A DNA stretch of 63,053 nucleotides from a virus (IMGVR_UViG_3300027304_000136:1-63053), one strand, 5' to 3'. Positions 9,053 to 17,454 are shown, numbered from the stretch's first letter. Program-made: numbers and translations. The notes: generated from the sequence alone by a model not told the origin.

Positions 9053-9149
9053 CAGTGATTAAAATATTTTTTAAAGTTTTTAAACAATACTAATTTTAAT
9101 CATATAATGATAGTAACGTTCTTAAAGATATTGGATAAAATAATAAAAT

Positions 9150-9236
9150 GCTCGGGTGATGAAACCGGTAGACATGCAAGACTTAAAATCTTGTGGACAT
9201 TTGTCCGTGCGGGTTCGATTCCCGCCCCGAGTACCA
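9150..9236 (+). tRNA. tRNA-Leu(TAA), CCA encoded
   Basis: Loop CTTAAAA, long variable arm. Confidence 0.95.
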
Positions 9237-9247
9237 AAAAGTAAAAT

Positions 9248-9523
9248 ATGAAAAAAGTAGCAGGTATGTTAGTACTGTCGATTCTATTCCTTTCTTGTAA
9301 AAATAAGGGTATAAAATATAAGTACAAAATTGAAGGTCAAGTTTCAGTCATGATCGAAAGACAAGTTGATTGGAATGAAGTAAATGTAACACAAGAACTT
9401 CGACCAGCAATCGCATATACCGATACAATATACGGCATGAATAAAGATTCAATCTGGTATTATAATACCGACGGATCTAAGTTAACCATATTTGAGCCGT
9501 ATACTGTAAGTTTATTAAAATAA
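9248..9523 (+). CDS. Putative lipoprotein
   Basis: MKK + hydrophobic + LFLSC lipobox-like. Confidence 0.7.
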   Translation: MKKVAGMLVLSILFLSCKNKGIKYKYKIEGQVSVMIERQVDWNEVNVTQELRPAIAYTDTIYGMNKDSIWYYNTDGSKLTIFEPYTVSLLK

Positions 9524-9528
9524 TATAT

Positions 9529-9600
9529 AGCGGGGTAGAGCAGTGGTAGCTCACGAGCCTCATAAGCTCGGGGTCGCAGGTTCGAATCCTGCCCCCGCAA
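9529..9600 (+). tRNA. tRNA-Met(CAT), initiator-like unpaired 1:72
   Basis: AGCGGGG/CCCCGCA acceptor, loop CTCATAA. Confidence 0.9.
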
Positions 9601-9664
9601 CTAAAGAGTATGGACGGAGCAGCAGAATTCTAGATAGCAGAAGTCTCAGGTCCTAACTCTTCTC

Positions 9665-9738
9665 GGGGGATTAGCTCAGTTGGCTAGAGCACTTGCCTTG
9701 CACGCAAGGGGTCATCGGTTCGAATCCGATATCCTCCA
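9665..9738 (+). tRNA. tRNA-Ala(TGC)
   Basis: G3.U70 pair, loop CTTGCAC. Confidence 0.95.
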
Positions 9739-9743
9739 CATTT

Positions 9744-9815
9744 GGCCCTGTCGACTATCGGTTAGGTCGCCAGGTTTTCATCCTGGAAAGTCGGGTTCGA
9801 CTCCCGGCAGGGCTA
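9744..9815 (+). tRNA. tRNA-Glu(TTC)
   Basis: Loop TTTTCAT, cloverleaf. Confidence 0.93.
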
Positions 9816-9833
9816 CAAATTTTAGAATACAAA

Positions 9834-9905
9834 GGTCCTGTAGTTAATCGGCTATAACGCCGCCCTGTCACGGCGGTATGCCGGGTTCGATTCCCGGTGG
9901 GACCG
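9834..9905 (+). tRNA. tRNA-Asp(GTC)
   Basis: Loop CTGTCAC, cloverleaf. Confidence 0.95.
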
Positions 9906-9920
9906 CAATTAATATTGTAT

Positions 9921-10901
9921 ATGATAAACGGGTACCATACCTTTTACAAATTTAAACATGAATTTTGGAAGTTTCATCCAGAAGAATGGGATGCGATTGA
10001 TGTTTTAGCACAGTTGACTTCTGTTTTGTTCTGGAAAAAGAATTATGGTCCTATTAAATTGTATGCAAATACAGATCATTTAAATCTTATTAAGAAATAC
10101 GGTATTGAAAAGGAATATGATTTTATCGATACTGATTTATTAGATTCTATACCTCATAAAGACAAGGCATCTAGGTATTGGAGTTTTTCTAAGATTCATG
10201 CCGCTAAAGAAATAGCAAAACATGATACTGAATTCTGTATTATCGATACTGACTTATGGTTAAAAGAACCTGGTCTTCTTAAAAATGATTGCGATTTTAC
10301 AGCATTTCATGAAGAATTCTTTGATGTGAATGAAAAATTTAATAATTATCATGACGCTATAAATTGGATGGACCAACAAGACGTTGATAGATTTGATTGG
10401 TCTTGTTGGCCTGTAAATTGTGCAATCATGCACTTTAAGAATAGAACTCAAGAATTAATTAACACTTGGTATGATGAAGTTACTAATGTAATACTATTAG
10501 ATAAGAATCCTGATTGTAAAAAAAACATAAGCAACAGCGCGATTTTTGTAGAACAGAGAATGTTACCAACAATTGCAAATAAATTAGGAGTATCTTATAA
10601 TATTATTAAGCCAAATAAATTTATAGTTGGTTCACATTATTACAATATACCATGGAATGAAAAATGGATTCCATACTTAAACTCTTCAGAAGAGAGTATT
10701 AGAATAGAAAAATCAATTGTCCATGTATGGGGTAAAAAAATGAAATATAGTCATGATGGATTGAGAAGAGGGATCATTCGCAATATTATGATGGATATTA
10801 CAACCGCATTTCCTGGAATTGATACTAAATATGAAACTCTATTTAAAGAATGTCATGATATTTATTTCAAAAGTGTCTCGATCCGCTCTGACGAAAGTTA
10901 A
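9921..10901 (+). CDS. Hypothetical protein, probable GT-A fold glycosyltransferase-like (DUF6734-like)
   Basis: IKLY, W.FSKI, IDTD (DxD), EQRML; ATG at 9921 after tRNA-Asp. Confidence 0.6.
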   Translation: MINGYHTFYKFKHEFWKFHPEEWDAIDVLAQLTSVLFWKKNYGPIKLYANTDHLNLIKKYGIEKEYDFIDTDLLDSIPHKDKASRYWSFSKIHAAKEIAKHDTEFCIIDTDLWLKEPGLLKNDCDFTAFHEEFFDVNEKFNNYHDAINWMDQQDVDRFDWSCWPVNCAIMHFKNRTQELINTWYDEVTNVILLDKNPDCKKNISNSAIFVEQRMLPTIANKLGVSYNIIKPNKFIVGSHYYNIPWNEKWIPYLNSSEESIRIEKSIVHVWGKKMKYSHDGLRRGIIRNIMMDITTAFPGIDTKYETLFKECHDIYFKSVSIRSDES

Positions 10902-10946
10902 CGACGAGGTCTCGGTAGGCAGAACGTGTCTGATCCTACCCATAAT

Positions 10947-11047
10947 GCAAGAATAGCTCAGTTTGGTTAGAGCAAGCTTCAGTACTTCGCCCATTGAAAC
11001 CGGCAAGGAACATAGCCGTGCCGCTGGTTCGATTCCAGCTTCTTGCA
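10947..11047 (+). ncRNA. tRNA-like RNA with enlarged anticodon arm
   Basis: GCAAGAA/TTCTTGC acceptor, normal D and T arms, about 49 nt between them instead of about 23. Confidence 0.75.
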
Positions 11048-11084
11048 CTATTTTTTATCCTGAGTCAAAATAAATTGATCAGGA

Positions 11085-11119
11085 TTTTTTATGTCAAATA
11101 TTTTGTTTATATTTACATA
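11085..11119 (+). promoter_or_regulatory. Repeated phage promoter (class A)
   Basis: TTTTTATGTCAAATATTTTGTTTATATTTACATA, preceded by hairpin ATCCTGA..TCAGGAT. Confidence 0.8.
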
Positions 11120-11152
11120 AGAAACAAAACAACAAAATAGAGTATAAACTAC

Positions 11153-11743
11153 ATGAAAGTAATATTTTTAGATAATGACGGAGTAATTTGCCTTTCTACG
11201 GAATGGGGAGGTCGACATAAGAAACAGCAGAAAGCTGGTCGTAAAATGAGCCAATCGGTTAATTCATTAGATGTTGAATATCGTTTTGATAACTTTAACA
11301 AGAAGGCCATCGCAATACTTAACGCAATCATCGAGGAAACTGGTGCAGAGATAGTAGTATCATCAGATTGGAAAAAACATGCAACCCTTGAAGAGCTGGG
11401 TGATTACTATGAAGCACAAGGAATCATTAAGCGTCCAATCGATACAACTGCATTCTGTCGAGACCTATATAATGATGGAGGAGCAGCACATCTTAAAGAT
11501 GAAGATATTAATTGGAATCAAACTTGGATGTTAGAACAAGAGCGACATGTTGAAATCTTAGAATGGTTAACGCGTCATCCAGAAGTTACACATTGGGTTG
11601 CAATTGATGATTTAAACATGGCTAAGAACTATGAAAATATTGAACGAACTTGGGGACTAGAAAACTTTGTTCTAACACCAAGGTCTTTAGAAGGTATTAA
11701 ACAATCAGGAATTAAAGAGAAAGTATTAGAATTTTTAAAATAA
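11153..11743 (+). CDS. HAD-superfamily domain (Swiss Army Knife RNA-repair HAD-like)
   Basis: FLDNDGV, IVVSSDW, WVAIDD. Confidence 0.85.
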   Translation: MKVIFLDNDGVICLSTEWGGRHKKQQKAGRKMSQSVNSLDVEYRFDNFNKKAIAILNAIIEETGAEIVVSSDWKKHATLEELGDYYEAQGIIKRPIDTTAFCRDLYNDGGAAHLKDEDINWNQTWMLEQERHVEILEWLTRHPEVTHWVAIDDLNMAKNYENIERTWGLENFVLTPRSLEGIKQSGIKEKVLEFLK

Positions 11744-11749
11744 AACTAT

Positions 11750-12436
11750 ATGAAATATATTTCAATTGACATCGAGACCACAGGATTAGACAGAGATTTA
11801 TGTCAGGTCCTTTCGATTGGCGCAGTCATCGAAGACACTAATAATATTAAACCATTAGAAGAGCTTCCAACGTTCCATGCTGTGATTAAACGCGAAAGTG
11901 TTTATGGTAGTATTTTTGCTCTAGATTTAAATAGAGACTTGATTCAAGCCATGAAAAACTATTCTGTTGCAAAAACAGACGGGGCAAAGAAACAAGTCGA
12001 AGAAGACTTTGGCGCTAAATTCTACAATGAAGATGAGGTTGTTGAAGCCTTATACCAATTTTGTTACAGGAATGGCTTAGTAGAATTCGATGACAAATTA
12101 GTCGGAAAACATGTAAAACTAGTTGACGGTATTATGTACCCTATTCTAACAGGAAATATGGACAAAGTTCATTTCACTGCAGCTGGTAAAAACTTTGCAT
12201 CATTCGACCAACAATTCTTGGTTAAATTACCAAGATGGAAACAAGTATTTGCTATTCGTAGCCGAGTTCTAGATCCAGGTATTTTATTTATTGATTGGCA
12301 CAATGACGAATCAGTACCAAGTTTAGATGTTTGTAAACAGAGAGCTGGTATTGATGGAGCGGTAACACATAATGCGGTTGAAGATGCAATCGATGTAGTA
12401 AAATTATTAAGAAAACAATATCAAATCTGGGACTAA
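11750..12436 (+). CDS. DEDDh 3'-5' exonuclease (DnaQ/oligoribonuclease-like)
   Basis: IDIETTG, GKNFASFD, HNAVEDA. Confidence 0.88.
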   Translation: MKYISIDIETTGLDRDLCQVLSIGAVIEDTNNIKPLEELPTFHAVIKRESVYGSIFALDLNRDLIQAMKNYSVAKTDGAKKQVEEDFGAKFYNEDEVVEALYQFCYRNGLVEFDDKLVGKHVKLVDGIMYPILTGNMDKVHFTAAGKNFASFDQQFLVKLPRWKQVFAIRSRVLDPGILFIDWHNDESVPSLDVCKQRAGIDGAVTHNAVEDAIDVVKLLRKQYQIWD

Positions 12437-12624
12437 TGGAATTTAGCTTAAACGAAAAGGAACTTGCTGCTCTTAAAGAATGGCAAGAAAAAATCAAGGA
12501 CCTATTTGGCGAATACGGTCTATATACTTATAAGTTTACACCAACCGGAATTGGTAGTGCTATTACAGTATATAGTCACTTGACAAAAACAGAATTAGAT
12601 TTAACAGACTTAGACTCTTGGTAA
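12436..12624 (+). CDS. Hypothetical protein
   Basis: Coupled ORF; FTPTGIG..DLTD..SW phage motif. Confidence 0.75.
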   Translation: MEFSLNEKELAALKEWQEKIKDLFGEYGLYTYKFTPTGIGSAITVYSHLTKTELDLTDLDSW

Positions 12625-12625
12625 A

Positions 12626-12976
12626 ATGAAAATAAATCATAAGAAAATAGGAAAGCTAGAAATTCTAGTCTCTTTTCAAAGAACAGAAAATGGTAATGAT
12701 TTACCAAAACATGTAGCTCTTGCAAAAGGAACTACTCGACCATCATACGAGCCAAAGACCGATAAGATATGGTATAAAACATCTTATAGTCCTGTTGGAA
12801 ACATAGTATCAACTTATTATTTGTTGTGGGCAGATAACAATGATTTTGCAACCAGCGGTTCAACATATCTACAGACATCAAGTGGCCGTAAAATGAGTTT
12901 TAAATCAGCACTTAAGATTTTTAATGAATTAATAAAAGCAACAGAATTTGTATCTTTTAAAAAATTGATTAAATAA
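12626..12976 (+). CDS. Hypothetical protein
   Basis: ORF in operon. Confidence 0.65.
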   Translation: MKINHKKIGKLEILVSFQRTENGNDLPKHVALAKGTTRPSYEPKTDKIWYKTSYSPVGNIVSTYYLLWADNNDFATSGSTYLQTSSGRKMSFKSALKIFNELIKATEFVSFKKLIK

Positions 12977-13051
12977 TACATAAACAAAGGGACGAAAGTC
13001 TATATAATAAACGGACGAAAGTCATAATAATAAACCAAAAACAAAACAAAA

Positions 13052-13246
13052 ATGAAAAAAGTAACAATTCTTGCAGCAGTAATCATCGCAATGTTCGTAG
13101 CATCTTGCGGTAATGGAACAAACGGTGGAACAACACCAACAACTGATTCTACCGCCGTAGATTCAACTGTAGTAGCAACAGATTCAACTTTAGTTGATTC
13201 AGTAAAAACTGACACTTCTCTACCTTTCCATACTCCAATTAACTAA
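13052..13246 (+). CDS. Small Bacteroidota-type lipoprotein
   Basis: FVASC lipobox followed by DST repeats. Confidence 0.8.
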   Translation: MKKVTILAAVIIAMFVASCGNGTNGGTTPTTDSTAVDSTVVATDSTLVDSVKTDTSLPFHTPIN

Positions 13247-13267
13247 TTGGATTTAGGTTAAAATTTT

Positions 13268-13320
13268 GGGATGCTTCCAGCAACTAAAAACTTTTATGGA
13301 AAAAAGCAAACAGCATCCCG
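13268..13320 (+). ncRNA. CAGCAACTA hairpin element, copy 1
   Basis: GGGATGC-TTCCAGCAACTA...GCATCCCG; paralog at 14432. Confidence 0.55.
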
Positions 13321-13327
13321 TTAATTT

Positions 13328-13409
13328 GCCCTTGTGGTGGAATTGGTAGACACACTAGACTTAGGATCTAGCGCCGCAAGGTTTGAGAGTTCGAGTCTCT
13401 CCGAGGGTA
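13328..13409 (+). tRNA. tRNA-Leu(TAG)
   Basis: Loop CTTAGGA, variable arm. Confidence 0.95.
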
Positions 13410-13425
13410 CAATAAAATTATTAAC

Positions 13426-13872
13426 ATGAGAATAGTAGAAAAATCAGAAATAGTCCAAAGTCAAACCATGACGGTTGGCGATCTTTTAACATTCCTTAAG
13501 GAACGCGATGTCCCTCTTGATGCTAAAATCATGGTACAGAGAGTTGAAGACAAGTACTTTAATGGTTTTGATATTTCTGGAATGGATAGTCCTGATGGAA
13601 TTTTACCAGAAGGTACCATGTCAGAACCATGGGGAGTATATCTTAAAAAAGGATATGCATACTACGAAGCTCAGGAAATAAATGAAAAGATGACAGAAGA
13701 AATCAAGAAACGGGAAGAAGGTTTAGAACCTGAATATCCTGGAATTGTAGATCCTACTGAACTCATTCAAGATTTAAATGACACCTCTTTACAAGAACAG
13801 TATCATCCAGCATGGAGTCCAGTATTCTATGATGATGAAACTGATCTACTGTTCTTAGATTTACATTATTAA
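13426..13872 (+). CDS. Hypothetical protein
   Basis: 148-aa acidic ORF. Confidence 0.75.
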   Translation: MRIVEKSEIVQSQTMTVGDLLTFLKERDVPLDAKIMVQRVEDKYFNGFDISGMDSPDGILPEGTMSEPWGVYLKKGYAYYEAQEINEKMTEEIKKREEGLEPEYPGIVDPTELIQDLNDTSLQEQYHPAWSPVFYDDETDLLFLDLHY

Positions 13873-13877
13873 TACAT

Positions 13878-13951
13878 AGGCATTTAGCTCAGTTGGTTAG
13901 AGCGCCTCGCTGATACCGAGGAGGTCAATGGTTCGAGTCCATTATTGCCTA
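13878..13951 (+). tRNA. tRNA-Ile(GAT)
   Basis: Loop CTGATAC, cloverleaf. Confidence 0.93.
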
Positions 13952-13952
13952 C

Positions 13953-14183
13953 GCTGATTATTGTTGACACTTATTGACACTGTATTGGACGCGGGTTCGA
14001 TTCCCGCCACCTCCACAAAATTACAAAACTATTGGGGGTGACCAGGCTTTTGACAGTATAGAATGTGGTAGGGAGAGATGATTAGTAAACGCAAACGACA
14101 ACTTTGCACTAGCCGCGTAATCGCGGTTGGATTTTGTTAACTAGTGTTAATGGAATTCACGTGGCTACTACGAAAGTGTAGCA
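13953..14183 (+). ncRNA. ssrA: Circularly permuted (two-piece) tmRNA; tag ANDNFALAA at 14091-14120
   Basis: T-arm and CACCTCCA 3' end (13991-14015) precede the 5' end GGGGGTG...GAC (14034); G3.U70; inter-piece helices; TAAAC-GCA resume codon. Confidence 0.9.
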
Positions 14184-14243
14184 TTTTTATAAACAAACAG
14201 GGATAACCCTATATAATAACAGTACAATAAAAAAACAACAATT

Positions 14244-14420
14244 ATGTTAGAACAATTAGAACAAATCCGTCAAGCTCTTGATACTATTCAAGAAGATGCA
14301 GTTAAATTTACTGAAAAAGGTAATAAAGCAGCTGGCACAAGAATCAGAAAACAAATGCAGGAAATTAAAGCTCTTGCACAAGCAGTTAGAACTTCAGTAT
14401 CTGAGGCTAACAAGGCTTAA
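14244..14420 (+). CDS. Histone H1-like protein (Hc1 family), missed by ORF track
   Basis: MLEQLEQIRQ...DAVKFTEKGNKAAGTRIRKQMQEIKALAQAVR. Confidence 0.88.
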   Translation: MLEQLEQIRQALDTIQEDAVKFTEKGNKAAGTRIRKQMQEIKALAQAVRTSVSEANKA

Positions 14421-14431
14421 TTAAGCCCTTT

Positions 14432-14491
14432 GGGATACCTACAGCAACTACACAAAACTTCAATCTATAATGAACCAAAATGTGTATCCCG
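14432..14491 (+). ncRNA. CAGCAACTA hairpin element, copy 2
   Basis: GGGATAC-CTACAGCAACTA...GTATCCCG with compensatory change relative to copy 1. Confidence 0.55.
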
Positions 14492-14498
14492 TATTTTT

Positions 14499-14572
14499 GC
14501 CTCTTTAGCTCAGTTGGCCAGAGCAGCTGATTTGTAATCAGCAGGTCGTTGGTTCGAATCCGACAAGAGGCT
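14499..14572 (+). tRNA. tRNA-Thr(TGT)
   Basis: Loop TTTGTAA, cloverleaf. Confidence 0.95.
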
Positions 14573-14575
14573 CAT

Positions 14576-14652
14576 GGTTGCGTAGCTCAGCTGGATAGAG
14601 CAATTCACTTCTAATGAATAGGTCAAAGGTTCGAATCCTTTCGCGATCACCA
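14576..14652 (+). tRNA. tRNA-Arg(TCT), CCA encoded
   Basis: Loop CTTCTAA, cloverleaf. Confidence 0.95.
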
Positions 14653-14664
14653 AACTTCACCAAT

Positions 14665-15552
14665 ATGCAAAATATATTAATAACTGGCGGAGCTGGTTTC
14701 ATCGGAAGTAATCTTATAAAATCTTTAAGAGAACAATATCCCTATTTAAAAATTACAGTCTTAGATAATTATTTCACTGGCAAACCTGAAAATCATGTTG
14801 CCGGTGTTGAATATTATCGAGGCAATACTTGGGAAGCTGATCATATCTTCCGCAACCATACATTCGATACCGTATTTCATTTTGGAGAATATTCAAGAAT
14901 AGTTAAATCATTTGATGATATTGATTATGTTGAACGTAGTATTCTAGCAGGAACTCCAATTATCCTGGAGTTATGTCGTAAATGGAATGCAAAATTAATT
15001 TACTCAGCAAGTTCATCAAAATTTGGTAATGGAGGTAAAGATGAGAATCTTTCTCCATATTCTTGGTGCAAGGCTAAAATGGTAGAATTAATTAAGAACT
15101 ACGGAGAATGGTACGGATTAAATTATGAGATATGTTATTTCTTTAATGTCTATGGTCCAGGTCAAATTACAACTGGAGATTACGCAACCGTAATTGGCAT
15201 CTTTGAAAAACAATTAAATGAAGGTAAGAAATGTACTGTTGTCGAACCAGGAACTCAAACTCGAGATTTCACACACGTTCAAGATATTGTTAATGGCCTA
15301 ATCAAGGCTGCTAATAAGAATTTAAATTGGGAATGGTTCTTACGCAGCGGAATTAATATCAGTATCATTGATGTTGCTAAACAATTTGGAGATTGGGAAT
15401 TTATCCCAGAACGTCGAGGCGAAAGATTAACAAGTGTTGAATTTAACACAGATACTGGAGTATTATTAGACTGGCAGCCGGAACATAAATTAGAAGATTG
15501 GATTCAACATATAAAACAACAAAGTGGAGCAACAAATAAAAGATCAAATTGA
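14665..15552 (+). CDS. NAD-dependent nucleotide-sugar epimerase/dehydratase
   Basis: ITGGAGFIGS, SPYSWCK (YxxxK), FNVYGP, RDFTHV; start at MQNIL. Confidence 0.93.
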   Translation: MQNILITGGAGFIGSNLIKSLREQYPYLKITVLDNYFTGKPENHVAGVEYYRGNTWEADHIFRNHTFDTVFHFGEYSRIVKSFDDIDYVERSILAGTPIILELCRKWNAKLIYSASSSKFGNGGKDENLSPYSWCKAKMVELIKNYGEWYGLNYEICYFFNVYGPGQITTGDYATVIGIFEKQLNEGKKCTVVEPGTQTRDFTHVQDIVNGLIKAANKNLNWEWFLRSGINISIIDVAKQFGDWEFIPERRGERLTSVEFNTDTGVLLDWQPEHKLEDWIQHIKQQSGATNKRSN

Positions 15553-17242
15553 TAAAATACTAGAAACTGGTCTTTTAGGAGAAGGATTTGAATTCAGAGT
15601 AGGACAGAGAGAAACTGTAGAAGCTATTTGCAGAACCTATTTTGAAGATCCAATGGGTACAATTGTAATTGATGCACCAACCGGTACAGGAAAATCAATT
15701 ATTGCAATGGCTTCAAGCCTTGTCCTAATTGAAATGGGTAAGAAAGGTTACTTAATCACAAGTGATCTAAGCTTACAGGATCAATACGAATCGGACTTAT
15801 ATAGATTAAAGTTACCTTGGGGATCGATCAAGGGTGTTGACAATTATGAATGCTCAGTCAATGGTTTACCATTCAGCTTAGGAGATTGCCGTCTAAAAGG
15901 CATGAGTTATGAAAAGGCCAAAGAGCTTGATTGTTACTCTAATTGTGGATATTTAAATGCACGTGAAAAGGCAATCAACTCTAGAATTGCCCTACTTAAT
16001 TATAGTTTCTGGTTAATTCAACGTAACTATGTTGAAGATAAAAAAGCCGAAGAGGGTGGATCTCCATTTGAACAGAGAGATTTTGCATTCTTTGATGAAG
16101 CACATAAAATCGATGAGATAGTTCAAAATCATTTTAGTCCTAGAATAGACAGAACCATCGTGACTAAGATACTTGTCTTAAATGGATTCTTACAGAAATG
16201 GGCATTCAATAAACCGTTTGTTACGAAAAACAAACTAGAATCAATATTACATACACTCTTAAAATCTAATAGTAACGTTGAACTTTTGGCCACTATGGTC
16301 GACTTAAAGAAGTTCTTAGAAATCTATTTAGAAATTGGTAAGGATATAAAGACCGCGTCAAAGAAAAGATTCGGTGACAGCGTTGTACCAAAAGACTGGC
16401 AAACCGCATTTTCTACAATCGACAGGATTAAAGATGTTCATTGTAAATTTGAAGATTTTATCACGATTATCCAGCAAGTTGGAATTGATAAAATGGTTCC
16501 AGACCAGAAATCAGAAGAGGCTCTTTTTACCTGCGTTCAAGAACAATGGTTAATTAAGAAACACTTACATGAACGGGCTAATTTTAAAATATTCATGTCT
16601 GCTACGATTGGAGATCCAGCAAGTTATATGAAAATTATGGGAATTGAGAATGCCAGATTTATCAGGCTGTCAAACGATTTCAATTATGATAAATCACCAA
16701 TAGTCTTTGTTAACAAACATAAAATGTCAATGCGAGAAAAAGATACAAGTCTTCCGCTGGTGATTGACATTTTAGATAAGATTATTAGCAAACACAAGGG
16801 ACAAAATGGAGTTATTCATTGTGGTTCTTATGAGTTTATGAATTATATAATGACTAAGAGTAAACACACCTTTCGGTTAATGAATTATGATAATTCTAAA
16901 GATAAGGCACTAGCACTCGAACTTTTTAAAAAGAAGAGCGATGCAGTCCTAGTCGGTCCTTCTCTACTCGAAGGTTTAGATTTAAAAGATGATACGAGTA
17001 GATTTCAAATATTTTTTAAAGTACCATATCCATCATTAGGCTCTCCTCACGTCAAAGCCAAAATGAATTACATGCCAGATTGGTATGATTGGAAAACTTC
17101 TGTTAGTTTTCTACAAGGAGTTGGGCGTTCTGTCCGAAGTAAAGATGATTGGGCTGTGACTTATGTTCTAGATGCCTGTTTTAAGAGTCTAATTAGTAAA
17201 ATTCCACCAAACGTGAAGTCCAGAATTAAAATGATTAAGTAA
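15524..17242 (+). CDS. DinG/XPD-family helicase with Fe-S cysteines
   Basis: APTGTGKS, four Cys, DEAH, SATI, EGLDL, KVPYP, QGVGRSVR. Confidence 0.92.
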   Translation: MEQQIKDQIDKILETGLLGEGFEFRVGQRETVEAICRTYFEDPMGTIVIDAPTGTGKSIIAMASSLVLIEMGKKGYLITSDLSLQDQYESDLYRLKLPWGSIKGVDNYECSVNGLPFSLGDCRLKGMSYEKAKELDCYSNCGYLNAREKAINSRIALLNYSFWLIQRNYVEDKKAEEGGSPFEQRDFAFFDEAHKIDEIVQNHFSPRIDRTIVTKILVLNGFLQKWAFNKPFVTKNKLESILHTLLKSNSNVELLATMVDLKKFLEIYLEIGKDIKTASKKRFGDSVVPKDWQTAFSTIDRIKDVHCKFEDFITIIQQVGIDKMVPDQKSEEALFTCVQEQWLIKKHLHERANFKIFMSATIGDPASYMKIMGIENARFIRLSNDFNYDKSPIVFVNKHKMSMREKDTSLPLVIDILDKIISKHKGQNGVIHCGSYEFMNYIMTKSKHTFRLMNYDNSKDKALALELFKKKSDAVLVGPSLLEGLDLKDDTSRFQIFFKVPYPSLGSPHVKAKMNYMPDWYDWKTSVSFLQGVGRSVRSKDDWAVTYVLDACFKSLISKIPPNVKSRIKMIK

Positions 17243-17271
17243 ATATATAGTTTATAAAATAAAATAAAAAA

Positions 17272-17454
17272 GTGGCACTTTTTAAATTAATCAAATTATT
17301 TGAATCTGGACTTCAAGAGTTAGAGCAAATTAAACCAAAGACCATGTTATATAAATGGTACGTTGGTTTTAGAATTAAAAATACTAAAAAGAGAATTGCA
17401 GTTTTACGAAACGAATTAGCTTATAGAAAAAATTACAAGCATCCTTATAAATGA
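17272..17454 (+). CDS. Hypothetical protein (degenerate IKLFE leader)
   Basis: GTG start after ATATATA motif; heads leader cluster 1. Confidence 0.55.
   Translation: MALFKLIKLFESGLQELEQIKPKTMLYKWYVGFRIKNTKKRIAVLRNELAYRKNYKHPYK

Noticed and set aside
8534-9327. ORFs 8534-8725, 8563-8745 and 9100-9327, and the upstream extensions of the 9897 and 14614 ORFs
   Set aside because: They overlap clear tRNA genes; true starts lie downstream (9921, 14665)
8757-10900. CTGATGA (8757) and CTGACGA (10888) hammerhead-like cores
   Set aside because: No correctly placed stem II-GAAA-stem III and cleavage triplet could be built
12990-13023. Duplicated GGACGAAAGTC mini-hairpin
   Set aside because: Only two 11-bp copies around a promoter; too short to support a call beyond a possible operator
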